64,000 nucleotides of DNA from Candidatus Pacearchaeota archaeon (GTDB lineage Archaea > Nanobdellota > Nanobdellia > Pacearchaeales > GW2011-AR1): contig JAFCEJ010000003.1 of assembly GCA_017609175.1 (NCBI GenBank), forward strand, positions 13,374-77,373, given 5' to 3'. The number at the start of each line of letters is the position of its first letter. The first letter of the stretch is position 1. Positions 19,702 through 29,144 of the stretch are shown piece by piece. A program made the translations under genes and the position numbers. The notes beneath the pieces were generated by a model that saw only the letters and a list, made by a program, of their open reading frames with translations, was not told the DNA's origin and did no database searches.

Positions 19702-20148
19702 CTAACCAGAAAAAATTGAGATTATCTGGTCTTTAAAAATAAATATGGCTATCAAAGTTCCTAATAAAAGAGATAATGCAATTATGAGGGTTATTATAAG
19801 AATTTTATTTCTTTTGTTTGTTTTTTCTTTGTCTGGCTTTTTTTCTGCATTTTCATGTTCAGAAGATTGTGGTTGCTGAATCGGTTGTTGTGTGGTTTGT
19901 TGTGATTGATTTATCTGATGAACTGGTTGTTGAACTTGTTGTGATTTTTGGATTTGTTGAGATTGCTCTTGTGAAGGAGTTTGTTGAATAGTTTGTGTAG
20001 GTTGTTCTGTTGATTGCAAAGCCCTTGCAGCTTCATCAACTTCTTCTCTAGGATAACCTGCATTATAAAGAGTTTGTATTGCAGATTCAAGGGAATTCCC
20101 CCTAGAAAGTGCAGACTTTAATGCCCCTAAAATATCTGCTCGCACCAT
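19702..20148 (-). CDS. tail-anchored Q-rich low-complexity protein
   Basis: N-terminal helical module (LYNAGYPREEVDEAARAL), Q/T/P-rich linker, C-terminal TM ILIITLIIALSLLLGTLIAIFIF. Confidence 0.5.
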   Translation of the reverse strand: MVRADILGALKSALSRGNSLESAIQTLYNAGYPREEVDEAARALQSTEQPTQTIQQTPSQEQSQQIQKSQQVQQPVHQINQSQQTTQQPIQQPQSSEHENAEKKPDKEKTNKRNKILIITLIIALSLLLGTLIAIFIFKDQIISIFSG

Positions 20149-20150
20149 TT

Positions 20151-21491
20151 TTATAACCTCATTTTTTGACCATCCTGCATTAGATGGATTTCTTTTCCTG
20201 GACGATAACCCATTTCCCGTGCAAGTTCAATCATAGGAGTTAATTGTTGAATTGTTCCGTGTGCAGGAATTATAATCTCTGGATTTATTATGGAAAGTAA
20301 ATCTCTTAAATCTTCCCTTCCTGCATGCCCTGAAACATGAACATCATCAAAAATTCTTACTCCAAACTTTTTTAATCTTTTGTCCATTTGCCCTTTTTGT
20401 GCGATATTGACCGGGGTTGGAATTGTCTTTGATGAAAAAACAATATTATCATTTCTTTTAAATTCAAAAGGAAGCTGCTTTCTTGATAATCTTTCCATAA
20501 CGCTTCCTGGTTCTCCCTGATGTCCGGTACAAACGACAAGAGATTTACTCCTTTGTTTGTTAATTTTTCTCAAAGTTGATTCTACTTGTTTTTTATAACT
20601 CACAAGAAAGATTTTGTTTTTGAACGGACACATATTTATATCAATTGCTGCTGAAACATATTTTTTTAAACTTCTTCCAATAAAATAAACATTTCTATCC
20701 AATTTTTTTGCAAAATCTACTATACTCTTTAATCGTGCAATATGAGATGAAAAAGTTGTAACAAAAATTGCTGATTTTTCATTTTGTGTTGTAAGCAAAA
20801 CTTCTTCTAATAGCGCTTTTGCCACTTTTTCGCTAGGTGTTTTTCTTTCTGAACCAGAATAAAGTGAATCTATAATTAAAGCCCTTACACCTTGTTTTGC
20901 AATTCTTTTTAAAGCATCGTAATTTGGTGGCAAGCCAAGAATTGGAGTATTGTCTAACTTGAAATCATTTGCATAGAGTATAACACCTTTTGGTGTATGA
21001 AGAGCAATCATAGAAGTTTGAAGAGTTGAATGGGTAATATTTATGAAATCTACCTTGTAAGATTTTTTTCCTTTGATGATATATGATGAATTTGGGCTAA
21101 CAGATTTTATTTGATTTGGGAGTTTTATCCTATCGTCTTCTAAAATTTTTTTTAGAACAGTTACTGTAAATGGTGTTCCCACAATTGGAGCATTATACCG
21201 ATGGGCGATATAAGGCAAAGCTCCTAAATGATCTAAGTGTGCATGTCCTATAAGAAGTGCTCTAACCTTACCTCTTAAATTTAATTTATCTAAAAGTTCA
21301 TCATTAGGAAGAGCGCCAATACTTCTCATTTTCTTTTCAGAATAAGTTTTTTGTTCAGTTTCTTGTTCTTGTTGTTCAACAACTGCAGGCAGATACAAAC
21401 CAGCGTCAAAGACAATTACATCGCTACCAAGATTCACAGCAGTCATATTTTTCCCGACTTCATTAAATCCACCAATAGTATATAACTCCAT
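20151..21491 (-). CDS. rnj: archaeal RNase J (beta-CASP)
   Basis: GHAHLDHLGALPY. About 446 aa. C-terminal HVSGH motif. Confidence 0.85.
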   Translation of the reverse strand: MELYTIGGFNEVGKNMTAVNLGSDVIVFDAGLYLPAVVEQQEQETEQKTYSEKKMRSIGALPNDELLDKLNLRGKVRALLIGHAHLDHLGALPYIAHRYNAPIVGTPFTVTVLKKILEDDRIKLPNQIKSVSPNSSYIIKGKKSYKVDFINITHSTLQTSMIALHTPKGVILYANDFKLDNTPILGLPPNYDALKRIAKQGVRALIIDSLYSGSERKTPSEKVAKALLEEVLLTTQNEKSAIFVTTFSSHIARLKSIVDFAKKLDRNVYFIGRSLKKYVSAAIDINMCPFKNKIFLVSYKKQVESTLRKINKQRSKSLVVCTGHQGEPGSVMERLSRKQLPFEFKRNDNIVFSSKTIPTPVNIAQKGQMDKRLKKFGVRIFDDVHVSGHAGREDLRDLLSIINPEIIIPAHGTIQQLTPMIELAREMGYRPGKEIHLMQDGQKMRL

Positions 21492-21612
21492 TTTAAGATA
21501 TTTAACCTCTTTTATAATGATGAATAATAATTGTAGTTTAAATATTTTTGGAGTTAATTAATTTAGGTTGTAAAGGTGATAAATATAAAAAGCCAAGTTA
21601 ATTCTTTAATTT

Positions 21613-21891
21613 ATGAAATCGCTTAAGCCATCAATGAGAGAAAAGAAGAGATATCTTTTAGTTAGAGGCAAAAATCCCAGGCAAAACATTGAAAAGGCAA
21701 TTTTGGAATTCATCGGAGTTTTGGGGATGTCAAAAACCTGTTTGAATTTTATAAAGATTAATTCAAATTCTGCAATCATATCTATAAATAGGGAAATGGT
21801 TGACCCTGTTCGGGCAAGTTTATGTGTTTATCCTGAAAAAATGACTGTTGAAAAAGTGAGCGGAACTCTAAAAGGATTAAAGAAGAAATAA
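21613..21891 (+). CDS. rnp2: RNase P protein component 2 (Pop5/Rpp14), short form
   Basis: LKPSMREKKRYLLV, VRASL, SGT motifs. Sits at the head of the exosome superoperon as in other archaea. Confidence 0.7.
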   Translation: MKSLKPSMREKKRYLLVRGKNPRQNIEKAILEFIGVLGMSKTCLNFIKINSNSAIISINREMVDPVRASLCVYPEKMTVEKVSGTLKGLKKK

Positions 21892-22066
21892 CCCAGATTA
21901 AAAATAAGTTAACCGAAACCCTTAAAAACTGCTAATTCTTGAAAATTTTGGAAGGGAGAAGAAGTAATTAAGTTTATTATAAACTTCTTACAAAATACGA
22001 TGGATAAAAAATTAAAAATTAAATTAAGGATTTTAAGCATCCAATTTAATAGAATTAAGGAATAAA

Positions 22067-22834
22067 ATGGATATGCCGATAGATATGCAACACCAAGTCA
22101 TGGGATATGACAGAGCTGCAACTATGTTTTCTCCTGAAGGACATTTGCTTCAGGTTGAATATGCAGAAAAAGCAGTAAGACTCGGAAGTGCAAGTATTGG
22201 AATGGTTTGTTCTGATGGAGTTTTTATTTTAGCAGATAGAAGAATTGATGACAAATTAATAACTATAAAATCTGTAAATAAAATTTATGAAATTGATGAG
22301 CACATTATTGTGAGCGTTGCAGGTATTGTTTCTGATGCAAGAATACTTGTTGAGAAAGCACAAGTATTATCTCAACAGCACAGAGTAACTTATGATTCTC
22401 CAATTGAGCCAGAATTAGTAATAAAAGAAATTGCAAATATAAAACAACAATTTACTCAATATGGTGGGGCAAGACCATTTGGAGTGTCAATAATGCTTGC
22501 GGGAATAAATGGCGATAAACCAGAACTTTACACGAGTGATGTAACTGGAAATTATTTTGGATATAATGCTAATGCAATTGGTGAAAACGACGATAAAATA
22601 AAAGAAAAATTAAGAGAACAATACAAGAAAGAATTAACAATTAAACAAGGAGTCAAAATTGCGTTAAAAATCTTTGAAGAAATCCGAGGTAAAAAATTTA
22701 ATATGGATAAATTTGAATTATGTTATATTGAAAATAAGAATAGTAAATTAAAGAGGTTAGAAGCTGGAGAAATCAAAAATTTCTTGACTTCAAAACCTAA
22801 GAATTCTCGGGGAGAGGGAGCTAACAAAGCATAA
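22067..22834 (+). CDS. psmA: proteasome alpha subunit
   Basis: YDRAATMFSPEGHLLQVEYA. Confidence 0.95.
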   Translation: MDMPIDMQHQVMGYDRAATMFSPEGHLLQVEYAEKAVRLGSASIGMVCSDGVFILADRRIDDKLITIKSVNKIYEIDEHIIVSVAGIVSDARILVEKAQVLSQQHRVTYDSPIEPELVIKEIANIKQQFTQYGGARPFGVSIMLAGINGDKPELYTSDVTGNYFGYNANAIGENDDKIKEKLREQYKKELTIKQGVKIALKIFEEIRGKKFNMDKFELCYIENKNSKLKRLEAGEIKNFLTSKPKNSRGEGANKA

Positions 22835-22835
22835 A

Positions 22836-23510
22836 ATGACACAAACAACTGCACGAATTAAAAAAGGTGGAAAACATTTTGAGATTTTGGTTGATTTAGA
22901 TAAAGCTTTAGCTTTCAAAAAAAATGGAGAACCAAATGACTTTTTAGAAATTGACATAATTTTTAGTGATGCAAAAAAAGGAGATAAAGCATCTAGTTCT
23001 GATTTGCAGGAAGTTTTTGGGACACAAGATGTTTATGAAATTGCTAAAAAAATTGTGAAGGAAGGCGAGGTTTTACTCACTCAAGAATATCGAGATGCAG
23101 AACAAGAAAAAAAGTTCAAACAAATTGTTGATTTTTTATCCAGAAATGCTATTGATCCTCAAACAAAAAATCCGCATACTCCTGAAAGAATCAAAAGTGC
23201 TCTTGAACAGGCGCATATCAATATAAAAAATGTTCCGATTGAAAAACAGATTAATGAAATAATTGAGAGCATTAGTTCTATTCTGCCCCTAAAAATTGAG
23301 ACAAAAAAAATTAAAATAACTGTTCCTGCAATACATACTGGAAAGGTTTATGGAATAATAAATGAATATAAAGAAAAAGAAAACTGGCTTGATAATGGAG
23401 ATTTAGAAGTTATTGTAAATGTTCCTTCAGGAATAATAATTGATTTTTATGATAAATTAAATTCAGTGACACATGGTTCTGCGATAACAGAAGAGGTCAA
23501 GGAAGAATGA
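22836..23510 (+). CDS. sdo1: SBDS/Sdo1 ribosome maturation protein
   Basis: ARIKKGGKHFEILVD N-terminal FYSH domain. Superoperon position. Confidence 0.85.
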   Translation: MTQTTARIKKGGKHFEILVDLDKALAFKKNGEPNDFLEIDIIFSDAKKGDKASSSDLQEVFGTQDVYEIAKKIVKEGEVLLTQEYRDAEQEKKFKQIVDFLSRNAIDPQTKNPHTPERIKSALEQAHINIKNVPIEKQINEIIESISSILPLKIETKKIKITVPAIHTGKVYGIINEYKEKENWLDNGDLEVIVNVPSGIIIDFYDKLNSVTHGSAITEEVKEE

Positions 23511-23659
23511 ATATAAACAAAATATTAGTACTTGCAGCATTAGAAGCAAGAGACAATATATTCGGTGATAAAATTATAAGAATAACGATGAGGGACAGTA
23601 ATAATCAAAATTGGATAAGAAAAAAAGTTCTTATCACCCTCATTATAGGGAAAGAATAA
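23507..23659 (+). CDS. small ORF (50 aa), hypothetical
   Basis: ATGA overlap with the SBDS stop. Hand translation: MNINKILVLAALEARDNIFGDKIIRITMRDSNNQNWIRKKVLITLIIGKE. Confidence 0.25.
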   Translation: MNINKILVLAALEARDNIFGDKIIRITMRDSNNQNWIRKKVLITLIIGKE

Positions 23660-23708
23660 TTAATAATCAATCAATATATAATTTAAAAAGGAAAAACATG
23701 ACACGAAG

Positions 23709-24416
23709 ATGAGTGAAAATCAAAGAAAAATCGTAATTCCAGGGGAAGTTATTGTAAGTGGAGAGGATTATCTACCTGGTGAAGGAACAGAAAAAAGAGG
23801 CGAGAATATTGTTGCAATAAGATATGGTTTGGCCGAAGAGCAAAATAAATTAATAAAAGTCATTCCATTGTCAGGAGTTTATGAACCAAGAAGAGGAAAT
23901 GTTGTTATAGGACGAGTTGAAAATTTGACATTTAATGGATGGATTATTGATATTGGTTCTGCTGTAAATGGGTTTTTACCGATTTTAGAAGTTCCAAAAT
24001 ATATTAATAAAAATGATTTGGCAGAAATTATGGATATTGGAGATATGGTTATTGCAAAAGTCTGGAGTGTTAAAAGAAAAGGAATTGACTTGAGTTTGAA
24101 ATCAAGAGGATTAGGAAAGGTAGAAGAAGGAATAATTATTAAAATAAATTCGAAAAGAGTTCCAAGAGTAATTGGAAAAGAAGGGAGTATGGTTTCAATG
24201 ATAAAAGAAAAAACAAATTGCAATATCACCGTCGGGCAAAATGGACTCATATGGATAAAAGGAGATAGGATTGAAGATGAGCTTTTAGCAAAAAAAGCAA
24301 TTTTATTTGTTGCTGAAAAATCATATGTTAATGGTTTAACTGATAAGGTAAAAGAATGGTTTGAAGAAATTTCATTAGAAGATGGAAAAACAGTAAAAAA
24401 AGGAGGGAAAAAATAA
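23709..24416 (+). CDS. rrp4: exosome RNA-binding subunit Rrp4 (S1 + KH)
   Basis: VIPGE, S1 domain GRVENLTFNGWIIDIG, KH domain VIGKEGSM. Confidence 0.9.
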   Translation: MSENQRKIVIPGEVIVSGEDYLPGEGTEKRGENIVAIRYGLAEEQNKLIKVIPLSGVYEPRRGNVVIGRVENLTFNGWIIDIGSAVNGFLPILEVPKYINKNDLAEIMDIGDMVIAKVWSVKRKGIDLSLKSRGLGKVEEGIIIKINSKRVPRVIGKEGSMVSMIKEKTNCNITVGQNGLIWIKGDRIEDELLAKKAILFVAEKSYVNGLTDKVKEWFEEISLEDGKTVKKGGKK

Positions 24417-24417
24417 G

Positions 24418-25128
24418 ATGGTAAAAGAATTCAAAAGACCGGATGGAAGAAAAGTTGATGAAATTCGTGAGATGAAGGCGAAAGTTGGAGTTGTGCCAAA
24501 TGCCGACGGAAGTGCTATGTTTCAATTTGGAGAAACAATCGCAATTGCTGCTGTTTATGGACCAAAAGAAATGCACCCACAACACGAACAAGACCCTGAA
24601 AAGGGTGTTTTAAGATGCACTTATAATATGATGAGTTTTTCTGTTGCAGATAGAATCCGTCCAGGACCAAGCAGGAGAAGTCAGGAAATCAGCAAAATTA
24701 CTGAATGGGCACTAAGTCCTGTTGTAATGCTTGAAAATTTTCCAAATACTGTTGTTGATGTTCATATTTATATTTTACAAGCAAATGCCTCTACACGGTG
24801 TGCAGGAATAAATGCTGCAGCAATGGCATTAGCGCATGCAGGAGTGCCAATGAAAGATTTAGTAACAAGTGTTTCAATCGGGAAATTAAACAAAACATTA
24901 GTTGTTGATTTAAATAAGGATGAGGAAGATTGGGAAGAGGGCGAGGGTGCAACAGATATTCCAATTACAATGACCTCAACAGGAGAAAAAATAACGCATA
25001 TTCAATTAGATGGAAAAATTTCAGTAAAACAATTAAAAGAAAGTATTGAACTTGCGCGAAAAGCGTCAAAGAAAATTTATGAGGTTCAAAAATCAGCTTT
25101 GAAAAATTCAATGGAGGAAGAACAATGA
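24418..25128 (+). CDS. rrp41: exosome RNase PH subunit Rrp41
   Basis: RPDGRKVDEIREMK, ADGSA. Confidence 0.9.
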   Translation: MVKEFKRPDGRKVDEIREMKAKVGVVPNADGSAMFQFGETIAIAAVYGPKEMHPQHEQDPEKGVLRCTYNMMSFSVADRIRPGPSRRSQEISKITEWALSPVVMLENFPNTVVDVHIYILQANASTRCAGINAAAMALAHAGVPMKDLVTSVSIGKLNKTLVVDLNKDEEDWEEGEGATDIPITMTSTGEKITHIQLDGKISVKQLKESIELARKASKKIYEVQKSALKNSMEEEQ

Positions 25129-25922
25129 GAACAAATCGTTTAACAAAACAAAGAATTAAAGAATTTTTAAAAGAAGGAAAAAGATTTGATGGAAGAGAAC
25201 TTGATGAATTTAGAGAGATTTATATTGAAACAGGAGTTTCAAAAAAAGCAGAGGGTTCTGCGAGAGTTAGATTAGGAAAAACAGAAGTTATTGTCGGTGT
25301 AAAAATGAATATTGGGGAACCATATCCTGATTCTCCTGATGAAGGAAATATGATGGTCACAGCAGAATTAACTCCTATGAGTTCTAATAGATTTGAATCA
25401 GGACCACCAAGAATTGAAGCAATTGAATTAGCAAGAGTAATTGATAGAGGGATTAGAGAAAGCAAAGTTATAGATTTTAAAAAGTTGTGCATTAAAAAAG
25501 GAGAAAAAGTATGGACAATTTTCATTGATATTTATTCAATAAATGACGACGGTAATTTACTTGATGCTGCAGGATTTGGAGCATTAGCAGCATTAAAAAA
25601 TGCTAAAATTCCAAAGTATGATGATAAAGAAGAAAAAGTATTATATGGGGAATGGACAAATAAAAACATTCCCTTGAATTTTATCCCGCTTTCATGTACT
25701 ATCCACAAAATTGATAATCAGTTTATTGTTGACCCAAATAAAGAGGAAGAAGATGCGAGTGAAGCAAGGATAACAATTGCAATTTCAGGGGACGGAACAA
25801 TTCATGCCATGCAAAAAGGAAATTCAAAAGAATTAAAAATAGAAGAATTTAATGAAATATTAGATTTAGCTGAGAAAAATTATAAAAAATTGTTTCCAAA
25901 AATAGAGAAGTTTTTAAAATAA
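25125..25922 (+). CDS. rrp42: exosome RNase PH subunit Rrp42
   Basis: RFDGRELDEFREI, AEGSARV. ATGA overlap with rrp41. Confidence 0.9.
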   Translation: MRTNRLTKQRIKEFLKEGKRFDGRELDEFREIYIETGVSKKAEGSARVRLGKTEVIVGVKMNIGEPYPDSPDEGNMMVTAELTPMSSNRFESGPPRIEAIELARVIDRGIRESKVIDFKKLCIKKGEKVWTIFIDIYSINDDGNLLDAAGFGALAALKNAKIPKYDDKEEKVLYGEWTNKNIPLNFIPLSCTIHKIDNQFIVDPNKEEEDASEARITIAISGDGTIHAMQKGNSKELKIEEFNEILDLAEKNYKKLFPKIEKFLK

Positions 25923-25925
25923 AAA

Positions 25926-26300
25926 ATGAATAAAGAAAATTTTTCAAAATATGAAATTGCAAGGATTTTGGGAGCAAGGGCTTTGCAAATTGCAATGAAT
26001 GCTCCGCTTCTAATAAAAATCACTCCAGAAGACTTAGAGAAAATAAAATATGATGCTTTAAAAATTGCAGAAATTGAATTTGAATCAGGAATTTTACCGA
26101 TTTCTGTTAAAAGACCTTTCCCAGAAAAAAAAGAAAGTGAATTGAAAAAAGCAAAAGAAAAAAAATTAAGTGACAAAGAAAAAGAAGAGATAGAAAAAGA
26201 AGAAGAGGAAGAAATTGTAAAAGAAGGTGAGATTATGGAACTCGCTAGACCAGAAGATGAAATTGAAGAAGAGGGCGTAGAAGAAGGAATTGAAGAGTGA
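25926..26300 (+). CDS. rpoK: RNA polymerase subunit K (Rpb6) with acidic C-terminal extension
   Basis: SKYEIARILGARALQIAMNAP core. The last ~60 aa are K/E-rich. Confidence 0.85.
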   Translation: MNKENFSKYEIARILGARALQIAMNAPLLIKITPEDLEKIKYDALKIAEIEFESGILPISVKRPFPEKKESELKKAKEKKLSDKEKEEIEKEEEEEIVKEGEIMELARPEDEIEEEGVEEGIEE

Positions 26301-26335
26301 GTTAATTATATAAAATAATATTTCTTTAATTGTTT

Positions 26336-27502
26336 ATGAGAATAAAACAAGTATCAGCTCGTGCGATTTTGGATTCCCGGAAAGAAAAAACAATTTTAGT
26401 TTCTATAAAAACAGATATCGGCAGTTTTTCTGCATCGTCTCCAACAGGAAAATCAACCGGAAAATATGAAGCAAAATCTTACAAGCAAAATCTTGAAGGA
26501 GATATTAAAAAAATAAGAGAATTTTCAGAATATTTTTCAGGAGATGAATTTACTTGTTTTGATTGTTTGGAGAAAATAGAAGAAATTGTAGAAAAAAATG
26601 TTGGGGCAAATACTCTTTTTGCTTTGGAAAGTGCGATTTTGAAAGCAATCGCCAAAGAACAGGAAAAAGAAGTTTGGCAATTGATAAATCCTAATGCACA
26701 AAAAATGCCTCGTCTCGTCGGGAATTGTATTGGTGGAGGAAAGCATTCACTAATAGAAAAAAAACCAGATTTTCAAGAATTTCTTTTAATTCCAAATTTA
26801 AAATCAGTTAAACAATCCTTTGAATTAAATAAAAAAGCAAAGGCAGAAGCAGAAGAAATTTTAAAAAAATTTGACAATGATTTTAAAGCAAAGAAAAATG
26901 ATGAAAATGCGTGGATGACGTCATTAAATGAAAAGATTGTTTTAGATATTTTATATAGGTTAAAACAAAAATTTAAAATAGCAATCGGGGTCGATGTTGC
27001 AGCATCTTCATTTTATAAAAGAAAAAAATATCATTATTTAAATCCGAAATTAGACAGAGATAGTGAAGAACAATTTGGTTATATTTCTAATTTAATTAAG
27101 AATTTTGGATTACTATATATTGAAGATGCATTCGGTGAAGAGGATTTTGAAAGTTTTGCTAAATTATTGAAGAGATTTCCAGACAGATTAATTGTTGGTG
27201 ATGATTTAACTGTTACAAACCCGAAAAGATTAAAAAAAGCTATTGAAAAAAAGGCGATTAATGGGATTATCGTAAAGCCAAATCAAATTGGTTCGTTGTT
27301 AGAGGTCAAAAAAGTTTGTGAACTGGCGAGAAAAAATAAAATAAAAATTGTTTTCTCTCATCGGAGTGGTGAGACAGAAGAAAACATTTTGGCGGATTTG
27401 GCTTTTGGTTTTGAGGCTGATTTTTTCAAATGCGGAATTGATGGAAAAGAAAGAGAAATTAAGTTAAAAAGACTAATTGAAATTGAAAAAAGGTTAATGT
27501 AG
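26336..27502 (+). CDS. eno: enolase (divergent, short)
   Basis: ARAILDSRKEKT, IVKPNQIGS, SHRSGETEE. The track start at 26330 is a TTG. Confidence 0.8.
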   Translation: MRIKQVSARAILDSRKEKTILVSIKTDIGSFSASSPTGKSTGKYEAKSYKQNLEGDIKKIREFSEYFSGDEFTCFDCLEKIEEIVEKNVGANTLFALESAILKAIAKEQEKEVWQLINPNAQKMPRLVGNCIGGGKHSLIEKKPDFQEFLLIPNLKSVKQSFELNKKAKAEAEEILKKFDNDFKAKKNDENAWMTSLNEKIVLDILYRLKQKFKIAIGVDVAASSFYKRKKYHYLNPKLDRDSEEQFGYISNLIKNFGLLYIEDAFGEEDFESFAKLLKRFPDRLIVGDDLTVTNPKRLKKAIEKKAINGIIVKPNQIGSLLEVKKVCELARKNKIKIVFSHRSGETEENILADLAFGFEADFFKCGIDGKEREIKLKRLIEIEKRLM

Positions 27503-27563
27503 GAAAATTTCGTTTATTTTTCGTAAGAGGAAGTTTTAAAAATCAATTTTTCTGTGAATTGCT

Positions 27564-28442
27564 ATGATTAAAGACAAAGAAAAAACAAAAGAAGAAAAAT
27601 TAATTGAAAAAGAAGAAGAGAAAACCGGTGTTTCAGAAGATATCGCAAAAAAAGAAGCAGAGTTGGATGTAGAGCAAGAAGTTCCAGAAGACAAATTAAA
27701 AGGAAAAGACCTGGAAGAAGCAGCTGAAAAAGAATCTACAGAAAAAACTATTGAAGAAAAAAAGAAAGCACTATTAGAAAAAGCTGCAAAATTAAAAGAG
27801 AAAATTGATGTTGCAAAAACAGAGGAATTAAAAGAAAAAGTTAAGGGGAAAAAGAAAGGAGAACCATTGCTTCCTTTAGATGATTATATTAAAGCAGGTA
27901 TCTATCTTGGAACAAAAGTTGTAACACCAGATATGAGGCCTTTTGTTTATAGGCGGAGGGCAGACGGACTTGCTATTTTCAACACAGACATTATTGATGA
28001 AAAGTTAAAAGAAGGTATAGAATTTTTAACAAAATTTGATGCAAAAGATATAATCGTTGTTTGCAAAAGGCAATCTGGATGGAAAGCTGTTAATAAATTT
28101 TCAGAATTAACAGGTATTAGGGCTTTTACAAAAAAATATCCTGCAGGAATTTTGACGAATATAACATTACCGGATTTTTTTGAAAATGAATTGACAATCA
28201 TTTGTGATTCTTGGCTTGACAAAAATGCTTTAGCAGATACCCTAAAAGTTCATAAAAAAGTTTTGATGATTTGTGATACAAATAATTTTGCAAAAGGAGC
28301 TGACCAAATTATTATTGGAAATAATAAAAGTGCAAAAAGTTTGGGATTAATTTTTTATCTTTTAACAAAAGAATATTGCAAGGCAAAAGGAATTGAAGCA
28401 GACATCCCGGACTTAGAGTGGTGGATGAGTGAAGCAGATTAA
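27564..28442 (+). CDS. rps2: ribosomal protein uS2 with ~93-aa K/E-rich N-terminal extension
   Basis: LLPLDDYIKAGIYLGTKVVTPDMRPFVYRRRADGLAIFN core. rpoK-eno-rps2 order is conserved in archaea. Confidence 0.9.
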   Translation: MIKDKEKTKEEKLIEKEEEKTGVSEDIAKKEAELDVEQEVPEDKLKGKDLEEAAEKESTEKTIEEKKKALLEKAAKLKEKIDVAKTEELKEKVKGKKKGEPLLPLDDYIKAGIYLGTKVVTPDMRPFVYRRRADGLAIFNTDIIDEKLKEGIEFLTKFDAKDIIVVCKRQSGWKAVNKFSELTGIRAFTKKYPAGILTNITLPDFFENELTIICDSWLDKNALADTLKVHKKVLMICDTNNFAKGADQIIIGNNKSAKSLGLIFYLLTKEYCKAKGIEADIPDLEWWMSEAD

Positions 28443-28885
28443 ACCTTAAAAAACAACCAGCTATTTTTTGCATAATCTGTCTTGATTAAAACATAATCGC
28501 CCTTGAGTTTTTTGCCGTGTAATTTAAATTCAATTTTTTTAGAAGTTTTTTCAATTAATTCGTAAGTTCCCTTATCCCAAATTTTTACATCTCCTGCCCC
28601 ATAATTTCCTTCTGGAATTATTCCTTGAAAATTTGCATAATTTAGTGGGTGGTCTTCAACCTGAATTGCAAGTCGTTTTATTCCTTTTATCGTTGGTGGT
28701 TGTTTTGGAATAGCCCAGGACTTTAAAACACCATTAATTTCTAATCTTAAATCCCAATGAAGATGCGAAGCATGATGTTCATGAATTAAATAGATTAATT
28801 TTTTTGATTTTGATTTAGAACTCTTTGGTTTTGGTTCTGGAGTTTTTGAGAAGTTCCTCTTTTTTTTATATTGGGTTATTGTCAT
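28439..28885 (-). CDS. stand-alone LigD-type 3'-phosphoesterase domain protein
   Basis: HHASHLHWDLRLE, GDYVLIK. 148 aa. Confidence 0.75.
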   Translation of the reverse strand: MTITQYKKKRNFSKTPEPKPKSSKSKSKKLIYLIHEHHASHLHWDLRLEINGVLKSWAIPKQPPTIKGIKRLAIQVEDHPLNYANFQGIIPEGNYGAGDVKIWDKGTYELIEKTSKKIEFKLHGKKLKGDYVLIKTDYAKNSWLFFKV

Positions 28886-28953
28886 TATTCTATAAAAGAA
28901 TTAGAATATAAAAATTGCTCGTTAATATTGATTATAAAATATTTAGCAAAAAA

Positions 28954-28961
28954 TTTATAAA
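28954..28961 (+). promoter_or_regulatory. candidate TATA box (tttataaa, A-rich BRE upstream) of the rRNA operon
   Basis: Lies about 27 nt upstream of the first nucleotide of the 16S processing helix (28988). Confidence 0.4.
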
Positions 28962-29144
28962 CTCAGTATCTTAATCATCTTTAACTAAGATGAGTGCCTT
29001 AACAATTTATTTTAGTAGTAAGGTATGAGGTATGTAAAAGCAATCATCTAGTTGTAATTCTCAGCCAATAGTAGGAGTAGTGTGAAGTGTTCTTGAAACT
29101 TACATCAAGAATGCGGAATTTAATAGTGAGTTAATTAAATTTTA

